A stretch of 63,171 bases of DNA, counting the filler, from Reclinomonas americana ATCC 50394 (lineage: Eukaryota), in assembly GCA_048213135.1 (NCBI GenBank). It is 6 parts of 4 records of this genome, joined end to end, with 100 filler letters (N's around TTAATTAATTAA, not from the genome) between each part and the next. Parts side by side here need not be neighbours in the genome. Positions count along the whole stretch, not along the records: positions 26,201 to 53,856 come from PS015171.1; positions 53,957 to 57,525 come from PS015172.1; positions 57,626 to 59,450 come from PS015174.1; positions 59,551 to 63,171 come from PS015175.1; 2 more parts are not named here. The stretch is one strand, 5' to 3'. The position numbers were made by a program, and so were the translations under genes. Positions within the stretch are counted from its first letter, which is position 1; each line of letters opens with the position of its first letter. Below, piece by piece: positions 50,764 to 62,147 of this stretch. The notes beneath the pieces were generated by a model. The model searched no databases and had not been told where the DNA came from. It saw only the letters and a list, made by a program, of their open reading frames with translations.

Positions 50764-53700
50764 TTACGGGCTGAGGCGCAGTGGGGTGCGCGGGAACATG
50801 GACGTCTTCTTCACGTTCATCACACCCACAATGAAGCCGGTCAGGCGCTCGAGTCCGAGGCCGAGACCAGCGTGCGGCCAGCCACCTGTGGACAAGTGAT
50901 TAGTGACAAATGTGACAAGCAGATGGGCGGGGCATCATATTGCGACACGCACCGTAGCGCGTTGAGTCAATGTACGCACGCAAGGGGTCCGGGTTCACGC
51001 CGCGAGCACGCAGCCGCTCAATGAGCAGCTCTGGCTCGTGGACGCGCTGTGCGCCAGAGGCGATCTCTTGGCCACGCAACATGAAATCGTACGAGTTGGA
51101 GTAGTTCTGTGAAGCACGGGCCATTAGCATCTTCTTCTCCTTTTCCTCCTCCTCCGCAAGCGAAGGGGTAAACTCACCGGGTCCTCGGGGCACGGCATGG
51201 TGTAGAACGGACGTGCCGCGAGCGGGTACTTGTGCAGAATGTAAAAATCGGTGTCGTACTTTTCGCGCACCAACTCGCCCAGCTTCTTCTCCTGCGGCGT
51301 ACTGCACGTAAAAAAAAGTATTCAGCAGTGAGCACCCACTACCAACAACATCCACTTTCCAATCAACGTGCAAAATACGCAACGACAAATCGCCATTCGG
51401 GTCGGCATCGGCGACACCGGCCTCCTGCAGCATGCGAATGCCCTCGCGGAAGTCCAGTCGCAGGTTCGGTCCGTCGCGGTTGTACTTCAGTGGCTCACCA
51501 CCGTACTGCGCACGGATCGAGGCCAACTCTGCCGGGAAGCGCTCCTCCACCTACGCCCAACCAACAAAATGTGGTGAGTGCAAGAGAGTGAGTGACACAT
51601 AAACACTGGTCCACTACACAGTACCTTGTTGAAAATGTACACGAGGAGAGCGTCGAGCACGTCGAGTGCCTCAAAGTAGTGCTCGTTAATGGTCATTTCC
51701 ACGTCGAGACCAATGAACTCGGTCAAGTGTCGTGGCGTGTTGCTGTTCTCGGCACGGAACACTGGCGCCACCTCGAACACACGCATCAAGTCACCCTCTA
51801 CGGCCATTTCCTTGTACAGCTGCGGTGACTGTGCCAAGAATGCCTCGCCTGCACATCAACGCCACTGGCGTCAGATACGTCCATTATACATGCAGCAGCA
51901 GCAGNNNNNNNNNNNNNNNNNNNNNNNNNNNNNNNNNNNNNNNNNNNNNNNNNNNNNNNNNNNNNNNNNNNNNNNNNNNNNNNNCAGCACACGCACCTTC
52001 AAAGTACTTGACGCGGAACACCTCAGCACCGCCCTCACTGGCACCGCCAATGATCTTCGGGGTGTGAATCTCCACAAAGTCCTGTGCGCACAGGAACTCG
52101 CGGAAAGCCTGGCCAACACCGCTCTGGATGCGGAACATGGCCACGTGTGCGGGCACACGGAGATCGAGCACACGCTGGTCAAGGCGCGTGTCCGGGTCCA
52201 CACGGGGTGCATCCTGTTCCACCAGACATGAGCAACAGTGTGCGCGTACACACACACGCTCCAAGGCAAGTTAGGAGCGCACGAACCGCGAGTGCGGCAG
52301 CACTGCCGGAACCAGAGCCATCCTCCGGCGCCTCCGGCCTTGAGGCATCCTCGATGCCGAGTGGCAGCACTGGCTCCGAGGCACTCACCAAGTACAGATT
52401 CAACACCGCCAGCTCCACGTCGCCCTGTGTGGCCGACTCCACCTTGGCCTTGGCCAACACACCCACCACATCGACAATTGATTCGCGGGCGAGACTGCAA
52501 GCGAGCGCGGAGTGAGTCATCGTCATGTCGCCACCACGAGGTGAATGTCGCACGAACCCAGCAGCAAACTTGATCATCTCCTTGGTCGTGTTGTTCTCAC
52601 CGATAAACATGCACGCCTGCAACGAGTACATGCCGTGGCGGAGCACAAGGAAGCAGCCCTTGGCTGGTGGAGAGAGAGAGAATGTTCTCAAAAACCATAA
52701 TCCACAATCATCGTTGTGACATACGAGGCGTGCGTACCTTGTGCACGCGAGTTGTGAATGCGAGCGCGCACCGTCACTTGCATGCCGGCCTTGTCGCCAT
52801 TCAAATCCTTGATGGGAGTCCACACACGGTTTGTGCGTATCTGCGACTGCAGACGCGGATATATGCCGTACGGTGCCGAACCCGACACAATCTCGGCAAA
52901 CTCGAGCACGCGACCCTAGAAGCACCTGGATCAGTCAACCCGTCGTCGAGCGAGTCACAAATGCACATCACCGCTTGTGTACCTTGGTCGCTGCTGCTGC
53001 CGCCGCAGCAGCGGCATCAGCCTGACGCTTGCGCTCCTCCTTGCTCAGCTGTAATCATTATCGGAAAAAAAGTGTCGGTCATTGCACCTCCCACACCAGT
53101 CACATATCGCCACACCAGCATACCTTAGGAGCCTTCTCCTGACAATCGCACACACACACACACGCACCAGTGAGCACCATCGCAAGAAGGGGAGCAGTCT
53201 CACATGACCACACACCTTGCCACCCTTCTTGCCCTTGCCCTCACCACCCTCGCTCGATGCCACCGCTCCTCCTGCAGCAGCAGCAGCAGCCGGCGGTGCC
53301 TTGTTGCCCTTCTTGCCCTGGCCAGCCTGTACGAGCACAGACACAGTCGGCCAACAATAGATCTTCCGTCGACCCACGCAGCGTGTGACTCACCTCCTGC
53401 GACGATGCAGCAGACGCACCCGAGTCACCCCCAATCAGACCACGCGGCATGGTAAACCGCAGAGCAATGCTGGCGTACTCCTCGGCAAGTGCCGCAGCCA
53501 CCGATGCCGGACCACTCTGCACTTGCAAAGACAAGTCGTGAGCATTTGATCGATTGCTGATGGCGATGCGCGCACACACATGTGAAGCTTACTGTACGTG
53601 TGTATGTGTGTGGGAGTGAAGAGAAGGTGGGGGCGGGGGGTGCACAAAAGGTCATGTTTGACAACATGCATGACGCGCAAAAACAAACACAAAGGGGACA

Positions 53701-53799
53701 CAAGACTTTGAAAGCTCGAAATCGGTGCCCCGCGCAAACAGTGACAACGCACACATCGATGCAGAGACACACAAACAAACGAACCGGCTTTCCGCTCAT
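50764..53799 (-). CDS. DARS1: Cytosolic aspartyl-tRNA synthetase
   Basis: OB-fold ([22 protein letters not shown]) plus [64 protein letters not shown] and GLGLERL...[15 protein letters not shown]. Confidence 0.96.
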
Positions 53800-53956
53800 T
53801 TCACAGTGTTGATATTTAGGATTCGATGATGACAAAGAGAGACATTTGTGCTCGCANNNNNNNNNNNNNNNNNNNNNNNNNNNNNNNNNNNNNNNNNNNN
53901 TTAATTAATTAANNNNNNNNNNNNNNNNNNNNNNNNNNNNNNNNNNNNNNNNNNNN

Positions 53957-55797
53957 AAAAAGAGAGAGAGAAAGAGGGCCTCGTCAGCATGTGCGCCCAC
54001 ACGAGACAAAAGACAAATGGTGGAGTACGCAACGCAATGGCACTCTCTTGGTCACTCTTGCGCTCAATACGCGCAAAGTACTTGTCGTCGGCACTCCACT
54101 TGAAAATGGGCCATCCATCGCGTTCGAGAATGCCCTGGAACTCGCGCAGCTTGCGGCCCGTGCGAATGTCCCAAATCAGAGTGTTCTGCCCCAGGCACAC
54201 GCACAGCAGTGAGTCACACGAGCTGCAAACGTCATGCCACACAGTGCCACAAGAAAGAACAACATGGTGTGCGCTCAGGGAAGTCAAGTGTCTGTCACAG
54301 TCAAGCGACTAAGAGTTAATTCCGTTTTTCCTACATCACAGCGCGATTCTCCACTACCGTGTGCCACCCCCAAACCAACCAACACACACACACAACACGC
54401 ACCTTGCCGTCGGGATTCATCTGCGGACCCCACGTCACGAGGAACTTGTCGTCGGGTGAGAAGTCGATGCGCTGGATACCATTGTGCACAAAGCGGCGAA
54501 TGAGGTGGAAATCGTGACCGCCCCACAATTGCACGCCCTTGGGGTGGAGTGTGGCCAGGTATTGGCCCGAGTGCGACCATTGTGCCACCGACTCGGTCCA
54601 TCGCTGTTGATAAGAGCACAGTGAGCACAGGAAGGGCGAGAAGGTGCACATAAGATTCGCGGCAAAAACACACACACACACCTCACGCGAGTGCTCCAGA
54701 CGCGACTGCTGTGTGGGATCGTGCCAGTACACCTCGTTGCGACTGCCGTAGCGGATCAGGTACTGATCACGACCGCGCTCGTCCAGCAACCAGTCCATCA
54801 GGTTTTCCTGCAATCGCAAGCAATCGTCAGCACAAACACAATCTCTCTCTTTTTGCTGTTGAGGAGGGTGTGCCGCAACTGGCTCCTTGAAAGGCTCCGG
54901 CTTGAACTCTCCATACTCGGGATTCATGCTCATGACGCGCTCGTAGTCGGAGAGCAGGATTGCCGAGAGTGTGTGCGACTTGTCAAAGAGCAGGTTATTC
55001 AACGCCTTGACGCCCTCCTCCGCCGCCTCCTCCGACGAGAACTCGATGAAAGCTAGGCCCTTGGTGCGCTCGCTGTCGGGCGTGAACGGCATGCGGATTC
55101 TGTCAATCGGCACCTCCTCCACTCGCGATGCGTGCTTTGCCACGACCTTTCGCAGTCTGTCGTACTTGCTGCGATCGACCTCGGGCAGGTGATCGACGAG
55201 CACCACATTGCCAAGTGACTGTGTCCACGTGAAGGGCAATGAGCCAAAAACAATGACCATGAATGCGGGCAAAGGGAGTGCATAAGTACCTCGTCCAACA
55301 CCACGTCCTCCTCATCCTCCGGGTACTCCTGTTATGCGTCGCACGCAGACAAGTGAGTGAGTGTGTGTGTGTGCACATTGCCGGACATGTCTTCTCACAA
55401 GACTCTGGCGCACAAGCGCAAGTAGAGAGGGTAGGGCAAGCGCATGTGTACAGGAGGCGCATGCAACACGACAGATGATGCACAGGTGCGGGCAGGGTGC
55501 ATGGACAACGTGGACGATGTGCACATGGTGGTCACCATGCCACTGTCACACATAGACACACACACGCACACAACCACGCGCATAGCAACACATGCATCAA
55601 CACGCATGCAGCAGCAGCAGCAGCAGCGCCGACAACAAGGCGCGAGAGGGAAACAGGGGAGAGGAGAGGGGATGCGCGGCATGCACGCTCCCAAAAAAGG
55701 GCGCATTCTTCTTTTCTTCTTCTCTCGCTCACTTCACCCTCTCTAAGGCGCGCAGACTGACCTCTTCTGGGGCTGGTGGGGCCGATGAAGACGCCAT
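53957..55797 (-). CDS. EIF3B: Translation initiation factor 3 subunit B (Prt1); 3' part lost in gap
   Basis: RRM (VVLVDHLPEV, TKGLAFIEF, FDKSHT) followed by ENLMDWLLDERGRDQY, RWTESVAQWSHSGQYLATLHPKGVQLWGG and WPIFKWSADDKYFAR. Confidence 0.96.
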
Positions 55798-55880
55798 TGT
55801 TTGTGCAAATTTAAACAAGCGGACAAACGAGACAAATGGCAATGNNNNNNNNNNNNNNNNNNNNNNNNNNNNNNNNNNNN

Positions 55881-56780
55881 GCTGAATCAGTTCGAGGACG
55901 TCGCCATTGACTTCAAGTACTACGAGAACGAGGCCGACGACATTCACCTCGACGAGGGCAGTTTGCTGCCGCTGTGGGAGTTCTCATGTGATCGCATGCG
56001 CAAGAAGCACGTGACGTGCTTGTCGTGGAACCCGACGTATCCAGGTACGCACCGCGTGTGTTCACCACAAGAGTCGCGCGGCACACACTCTCACGCCACT
56101 TTGCGTAGATCTCTTTGCCGTCTCGTACGGATCCTACAACTTCTCATCACAATCGTCGGGCGGCATTGCGTGCTTCTCACTCAAGAACCCATCGTATCCC
56201 GAGTACTTGTTCACCACCGAGTCCGGTGCCATGTGCCTCCACTTCCACCCGCAGCACTCATCGCTGATCGCCGTCGGCCTCTACGACGGCACGGTGATGG
56301 TGTTTGATGTGCGACAAAAGTCACATCGCCCAATCTTCCAGTCGACCATCAAGTCGGGCAAGCACACCGATCCTGTGTGGGAGGTGCGGTGGCAGACCGA
56401 CGACATGGGCAAGAACTTGTCGTTCTTCTCCGTGGCCTCTGACGGCCGCGTCACCTGCTGGACGCTGTCCAAGAACGAGCTGCAGTACTCGGTGAGGATG
56501 TGAAAAGGGCGAAAAGAGAGAGAGAGAGAGCAGAATGACAGGCGTGCTGGTTACTGATCTGTGTGTGGCATGCGATGTGCAGAACATTCTGGAGCTCAAG
56601 CTGGTCAGCACGGCAGAGGGTGGCGAGCCCGATGCCGAGCAAGCACTGGCTGGCCTCGCCGGCGGCTCCTGCTTCGACTTCCATCCCTTCAGCGACCATT
56701 TGTTCCTTGTCGGCACGGAAGAGGGCAACATTCACAAGTGCAGCAAGGCCTACAACTCGCAGTACTCGGCGACCTACCTG
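55881..56780 (+). CDS. DNAI1: Axonemal outer-arm dynein intermediate chain 1 (IC78/DNAI1), central part
   Basis: Motifs [10 protein letters not shown]...[50 protein letters not shown] and [16 protein letters not shown]. Confidence 0.93.
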
Positions 56781-57027
56781 GTGCGTTGTGGGTGCCACTG
56801 CATTGTCGGTTGCTGGATCGCACATGCACTTGACTCATTTCCTCGCATCAGGGTNNNNNNNNNNNNNNNNNNNNNNNNNNNNNNNNNNNNNNNNNNNNNN
56901 NNNNNNNNNNNNNNNNNNNNNNNNNNNNNNNNNNNNNNNNNNNNNNNNNNNNNNNNNNNNNNNNNNNNNNNNNNNNNNNNNNNCACCCGCACCTCCCTCT
57001 CCCTCTCTCTTTCCTTCCACACACACA

Positions 57028-57525
57028 TTACTCGGCCTTGACCGTGGCCGCAATGGCGTCGCCCTTCTCTGCCACCGACAGCAGGCGCTCCACTTGCTCA
57101 ATCTGCAGCTCTTCGTTGCTCTTGCTCTCACCCTCCGGGTTGACGGGGATTCTTCGCAGGTTGGGCGACAGCTTCAGCGACAGCGTGCGTCCCTTGTCGT
57201 CGCCGACCAGGATGATGGGGTCGGACTTGCTGAACACGACGTGGGTCAGCTTGGCCTTCTTCACGACCTGCTGCGAGCACATCGGCTCGTTCTTGTTCTG
57301 GTTGAGGTCGAACACGTGCACCTTGCCGTCGGCGGTGACCGCCGCAAACACAGTGGACGAGTACGGAGCCCATGCCACATCGTTGACGGCGTTGCCGAGA
57401 TCGAACGACATGACCGGTCGCGTCTGCTCGTGGTCCCAGATCTTGACGGTCCAGTCGGCACTCGCCGAGATGAATATCCGTCGGTGGAACAGGTTCCACG
57501 CCACCTTGTACACGGCCATGTAGTG
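57028..57525 (-). CDS. DNAI1: C-terminal exon of DNAI1 (contig apparently inverted)
   Basis: HYMAVYKVAWN...ISASADWTVKIWD...DVAWAPYSSTVFAAVTADGKVHVFDL...SLKLSPNLR is the direct continuation of the + strand part. Confidence 0.92.
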   Translation of the reverse strand, partial: HYMAVYKVAWNLFHRRIFISASADWTVKIWDHEQTRPVMSFDLGNAVNDVAWAPYSSTVFAAVTADGKVHVFDLNQNKNEPMCSQQVVKKAKLTHVVFSKSDPIILVGDDKGRTLSLKLSPNLRRIPVNPEGESKSNEELQIEQVERLLSVAEKGDAIAATVKAE

Positions 57526-57728
57526 NNNNNNNNNNNNNNNNNNNNNNNNNNNNNNNNNNNNNNNNNNNNTTAATTAATTAANNNNNNNNNNNNNNNNNNN
57601 NNNNNNNNNNNNNNNNNNNNNNNNNCCACGCTGCGATTGTCTCTCTGGAAGGAGCTGGAGTGAATCGGGAAGGGAGAGCATCGCTGTCGTCTGTTTCTCA
57701 TTCGCACTCGCTCCCTTGCTTTTGCAGG

Positions 57729-58352
57729 AGTCTCGTCGCCACCTGGTCAACCAGCACTTCCGCAAGATCTCGATGGTGATGGATTGCGTCGGGTGCGAAA
57801 AGTGCCGCATGTGGTCCAAGCTGCAGACTCTCGGCATCGCCACCGCCCTCAAGATCATGATGTCCGACACGCCGCTGGCGTTGGTCAACATGGAGCGCAA
57901 CGAGATCATTGTTGCGTGCCTCCCCTCCGTCACCTCCGTTGACCCATTTGCTGACACGCACGTGCGTGCGCACAGGCGCTGGTGAACACGGCGCAACACT
58001 GGGGCGAGTCCATCGAGGCAATTCGTGAGATGCGCGAAATGCAATGGATGGTATCGTCGTTCGGTCGCTTGTGTGGGCATCACAACAACACTCCTGATTC
58101 ACTCTCTTCCTCCTGCAGGCCACCGTGTCGTCCACCGTCTCGGTGGCTGCCGTCGGTCTCCTCGCGCTCACGGCGTTGTACATGACGGTGCTGTGCCTGC
58201 GGACGCTACGGAAGAGTCGCCCCGCCGCCGCCGCCGCCGCCTCGTCGGCGACTGCCTCGAGGTCGTCACCCTCCATCAATGGCAGTGGCAGCGGCGCCTC
58301 TGCCACTGTCAACGGAACGATTGCCGAGTCAGAAGACGCCAAGACCAAATAA
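57729..58352 (+). CDS. ERO1: ER oxidoreductin ERO1, C-terminal part
   Basis: [34 protein letters not shown] (CxxCxxC active site) and spliced ERNEIIALVNT, followed by a hydrophobic segment. Confidence 0.93.
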
Positions 58353-58577
58353 ACACGAATTCTTTAGCCCTAGCTTTCATTCATCGTGCCGCGCACACAC
58401 ACACCCGGGGCGAGTTGAGAGAGATGCTGACGTGTCCCCCCTTCTTGATGAAGAGAAGGACCGTCGCTCGCCAGGCGGTGCGTGGACAGATTCGCAAAAG
58501 CAACAAGCATTCACGCAAACAAACAAACAAACAAACACAAGAGGAGTGGAGAAAAAACAACATGATACAACGAGAGC

Positions 58578-58950
58578 TCACGGCACACGGACATTGGCCT
58601 TGGGCAATCTAGGTGAGGCAGCCGACGGCGCCGGTACTGTGCCTTCCCTCTCGCCCTTGCGCCTCTGCTGTCGTGCACGATGCGCGGGCACTGGTCGTGA
58701 GGGTAATGATTCGTCGCCCACGTCGTCCTTGACCTTGGCCGCCTCCACCCGCAAAATCTCCAGCTGTCTCCTCTGCTCCTCGTTCAGATCGGCCAACTCT
58801 TGTTGATGTTGCTGTTGCTGTTGCTCCGCAGCCGCCGCCGCCGCCTGTGCTGCGGCCGGTCGACTGTTTAGTGCCGCGCCACTCTCCACGGTTTTCAGGT
58901 ACTGGTGCCAGTGTCGCACGAATGGGATGGCGTGCATGCTGGCGGCGTCC
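58578..58950 (-). CDS. Terminal exon of a hypothetical protein; possible first exon MPECVK at ~59782-59800
   Basis: Open frame after a CT-rich tract and CAG acceptor: DAASMHAIPFVRHWHQYLKTVE...ELADLNEEQRRQLEILRVEAAK...NVRVP-TGA. Confidence 0.5.
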
Positions 58951-59381
58951 CTGGGTAGGAAGGGAAGGGGAAGGGGTGAGGGAAAGGGGAGAAGAGGGAA
59001 AGGGGAGAAGAGGGAAGGGGGAGTGGGAGAGGGAAAGGGGAAGACATGGGGCAACCGACGCAATAGGATACGAGAGAGCAAGCAATCGCTGTCTCCGAGA
59101 CTTCCGCTCTCTACCCATCCTCTCTTCACACACCGATGCGCTCACCAGTACTCCACAACACATCACTCACTCAGCATCTCTCCTGCAACACATCATATGA
59201 ACGGAGAAAGGGTAGAGCGAGTGCTCGTGTGAGAGAGACAAGGGAGAGAGCAGGAGCCTCGGAGACAGTAATGCTCAACAGTGTGTGTCAACAGCGTCGT
59301 TCTCTCTCTCGCACGCTGACTTGCTTTTCTTATTCATTCACCACTCGCTCCGCAACACACCACCCACTCACTCCATCTCTC

Positions 59382-59386
<5 letters not shown>

Positions 59387-59450
<64 letters not shown>
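59387..59450. repeat. (CT)n microsatellite at contig end
   Basis: Pure CT dinucleotide run abutting a gap. Confidence 0.98.
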
Positions 59451-59555
59451 NNNNNNNNNNNNNNNNNNNNNNNNNNNNNNNNNNNNNNNNNNNNTTAATT
59501 AATTAANNNNNNNNNNNNNNNNNNNNNNNNNNNNNNNNNNNNNNNNNNNNACACA

Positions 59556-59716
<161 letters not shown>

Positions 59717-59935
59717 GAGACAACTGCGAAACAGGCGAGTTGTGTGCGTGCGTGCGTCGACGAACCATGTGAGCAGCACACCCTTGACGCACTCGGGCAT
59801 GTGACGCTGTCTCCCTTGCACGAGAGTGATTGCTAGAGTGGGACTTCACAAGGACACTCGACGCCCTTCTCTCTTTCCACAGTCACACACGCACGCGAGC
59901 GAGGGAGAAGCTGGTGTTCTACCACTGTGCGTCTC

Positions 59936-62047
59936 ATGTTAAAGGACGGCTGGTTCCATGAGGTCAGCGACATGTGGCCAGGTGTGAGCTCTTCTTTTCC
60001 TCCTCTTCGTCTTTGCCATTCGATGCTGATTGCTTGTGTGTGTTCTCAGGGCAAGCACTGGCGCTTCAAGTCGACGAGGTGCTGCACGATGAGCGATCGG
60101 CGTTCCAGGTGAGCGATCGGCGGCGATCACTGATTGCTCCAGTCGCTGTGCTCGACGTCATTGCGGAAGAACCTACTTCTGGGCTTCCCTCTTTCCCTGT
60201 GGTCTCTCGCTCACTGGCTGATGGGGAGCTGGATGGTGGGAGTCAATGGTCCGCACTGTCTCTGGCGATCACGATCTGTGTTGCATCATCTGGCCCCTCT
60301 TTCCCTGACTCACTGCTTCACTCGATCGCTGACGATCGCTCGCTGTGTCGCATGATGTGGGCCTCCTCTGCACTCTCGCTCTCTGGCGATCCCGTGCTAC
60401 GTCATCAGCTCGGCTTTCCTCACTGGCTGATCGTGGGTCGTCCATTCCGTCTCTGCTGATCCCGTGCTGTACGCCTGCTCGACTCCCTCTTCTTTGCTCT
60501 CTCGCTCTCTGGAGTCACTGATCCGCACTGTCTCTGCTGATCACATTATTTGTCGCATCATCTGGGCTTTCCTCACTGACTGATCGTGGGTCTCTTGTCC
60601 ATTCGATCTCTGCTGATCTTGTGCTGTACGCCTGCTCTGGACTCCCTCGTCTTTGCTCTCTGGTCTCTTGTCCACTCTGTCTCTGGCGATCTCGTGCTGC
60701 GTCGCCTCACCTGAGCTTTCCTTTCCTCCTCGCTCGTTGGCTTCACTTCGTCTCAGGCGATCACGTGCTGTGGGGTTTCCTCAAGTCCACTCTGTCTCTG
60801 GCGATCTTGTTGTGTGTCGCACCATCTGAGCTCTCTTTTCCTCCCTCTTGCTCGCTCACTGATCCAGGCTGTCTCTGGCGATCTCGTGCTGCGTCGCCTC
60901 ATCTGAGCTTCCACTTCTCCTCTCTCTTGCTCGTTCCCTGCTCTCCCTTGTCTCCGGCGATCACGTTCTTTGTCGCACCGTGTGAGCTTTCCTTTCTTTC
61001 CCCTCTCCCAGGCTGGTTACTGGTCCGCTCTGTCTCTGTACATCATCATCTGACCTTTCGTCTCTCCTGTCTGGCTGATCGCGGGAGTCAATGTTCCACG
61101 CTTCCTTTGTCTGGGCTGTCCTCTTCTTCCTTCCCCTTCTCTCCTCCCTCACACCCCACCGCTCATCCACAGCACATCATGGTCCTCAAATCCCGCTCCC
61201 ACGGCAACGTACTCGTGCTGGACGGCGTCATCCAGGCCACGGAGCGCGACGAATTCTCCTACCAGGAGATGATGGCGCACGTGCCGCTGTGTGCGCACCC
61301 GCAACCACGTCGCGTGCTCGTGGTCGGCGGTGGTGATGGCGGCGTGCTGCGCGAGATTGCACGCCACGAGGCCGACAGCGGGGTGGAGGAGATTCACATT
61401 TGCGAGCTGGACGAGGCGGTGATTGCGGCGTCGAAAAAGTACATGCCGTTCATGGCGTGCGGCTTTGACGATCCGCGGGTGTCGTTGCACATTGAGGATG
61501 GTGAAATGAGGGAGAGTGTGTGAGATAGAGAGTGACTTGTCTGCCCTTCCAGCTCACCTTGCGGTCGCTCGCAGGCGCCACCTTCATGCAACGGCACGTG
61601 GACTACTTTGACGTGATCATTGTTGATTCGTCGGACCCGGTGGGACCGGCCAGCGCGCTCTTTGAGCGGCCATTCTACGAGGCGGCTCGTGGTGCGCTGC
61701 GTGCTGGCGGTGTGCTGTGCGCGCAGGCCGAGTGCGCCTGGCTGCACACCGATCTCATTGTGTTCATGCTCGGCTTTTGCCGGGAGCTGTTTGCCACGGC
61801 ACAGTACGCGTACACCAGCATACCGACGTACCCGGCCGGCCAGATCGGTTTCATCGTGTGCACCAAGGACGACACGGTGTGCGCCGCGCAGCCGGCGCGC
61901 GAGCTGAGCGACAAGGCCGCCGAACGGTTGCGGTACTACACTGCGGACATGCACCGCGCCGCCTTTGTGCTGCCGCGATTTCTGCAGACGGCGATGGATG
62001 GTGCCGAGCGTCTCAAGCGAGAATCACGCAACGAGGTGCTCTCGTGA
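59936..62047 (+). CDS. SRM: Spermidine synthase
   Basis: Motifs [80 protein letters not shown] and LRYY...HRAAFVLP. Intron 2 spans 60109-61172. Confidence 0.97.
60210..61100. repeat. Degenerate ~75-nt-period minisatellite inside spermidine synthase intron 2
   Basis: Core TCTCTG(GC/CT)GATC recurs near 60259, 60380, 60450, 60531, 60607, 60680, 60751, 60795, 60872 and 60951, with a weak copy at 61033. Confidence 0.85.
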
Positions 62048-62147
62048 ACTAGATCTAGAGAGAGAGGGAGAGGAAGAATGTAGTTGTCAATCGAATGGTG
62101 TTTTGCAAGCGGCACAGCTCTGTCTGTATTCGAGGTGGTTTTCTGAT

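Noticed and set aside
59146-59182. Possible selenocysteine exon (EMLSE-TGA-CVVEYW on the minus strand)
   Set aside because: It matches no selenoprotein motif I recognise, no SECIS is evident, and the segment is imperfectly duplicated at 59338-59383, which suggests intronic repeat. Not fully excluded without cDNA.
17589-59506. Palindromic TTAATTAATTAA repeated five times as a recombination or piggyBac-type site
   Set aside because: It is always centred in N runs, so it is an artificial six-frame-stop linker.
60250-61050. CRISPR-like array (regularly spaced conserved core)
   Set aside because: The cores are degenerate, the intervening sequences resemble each other instead of being unique spacers, no cas genes are present, and it lies in a eukaryotic intron.
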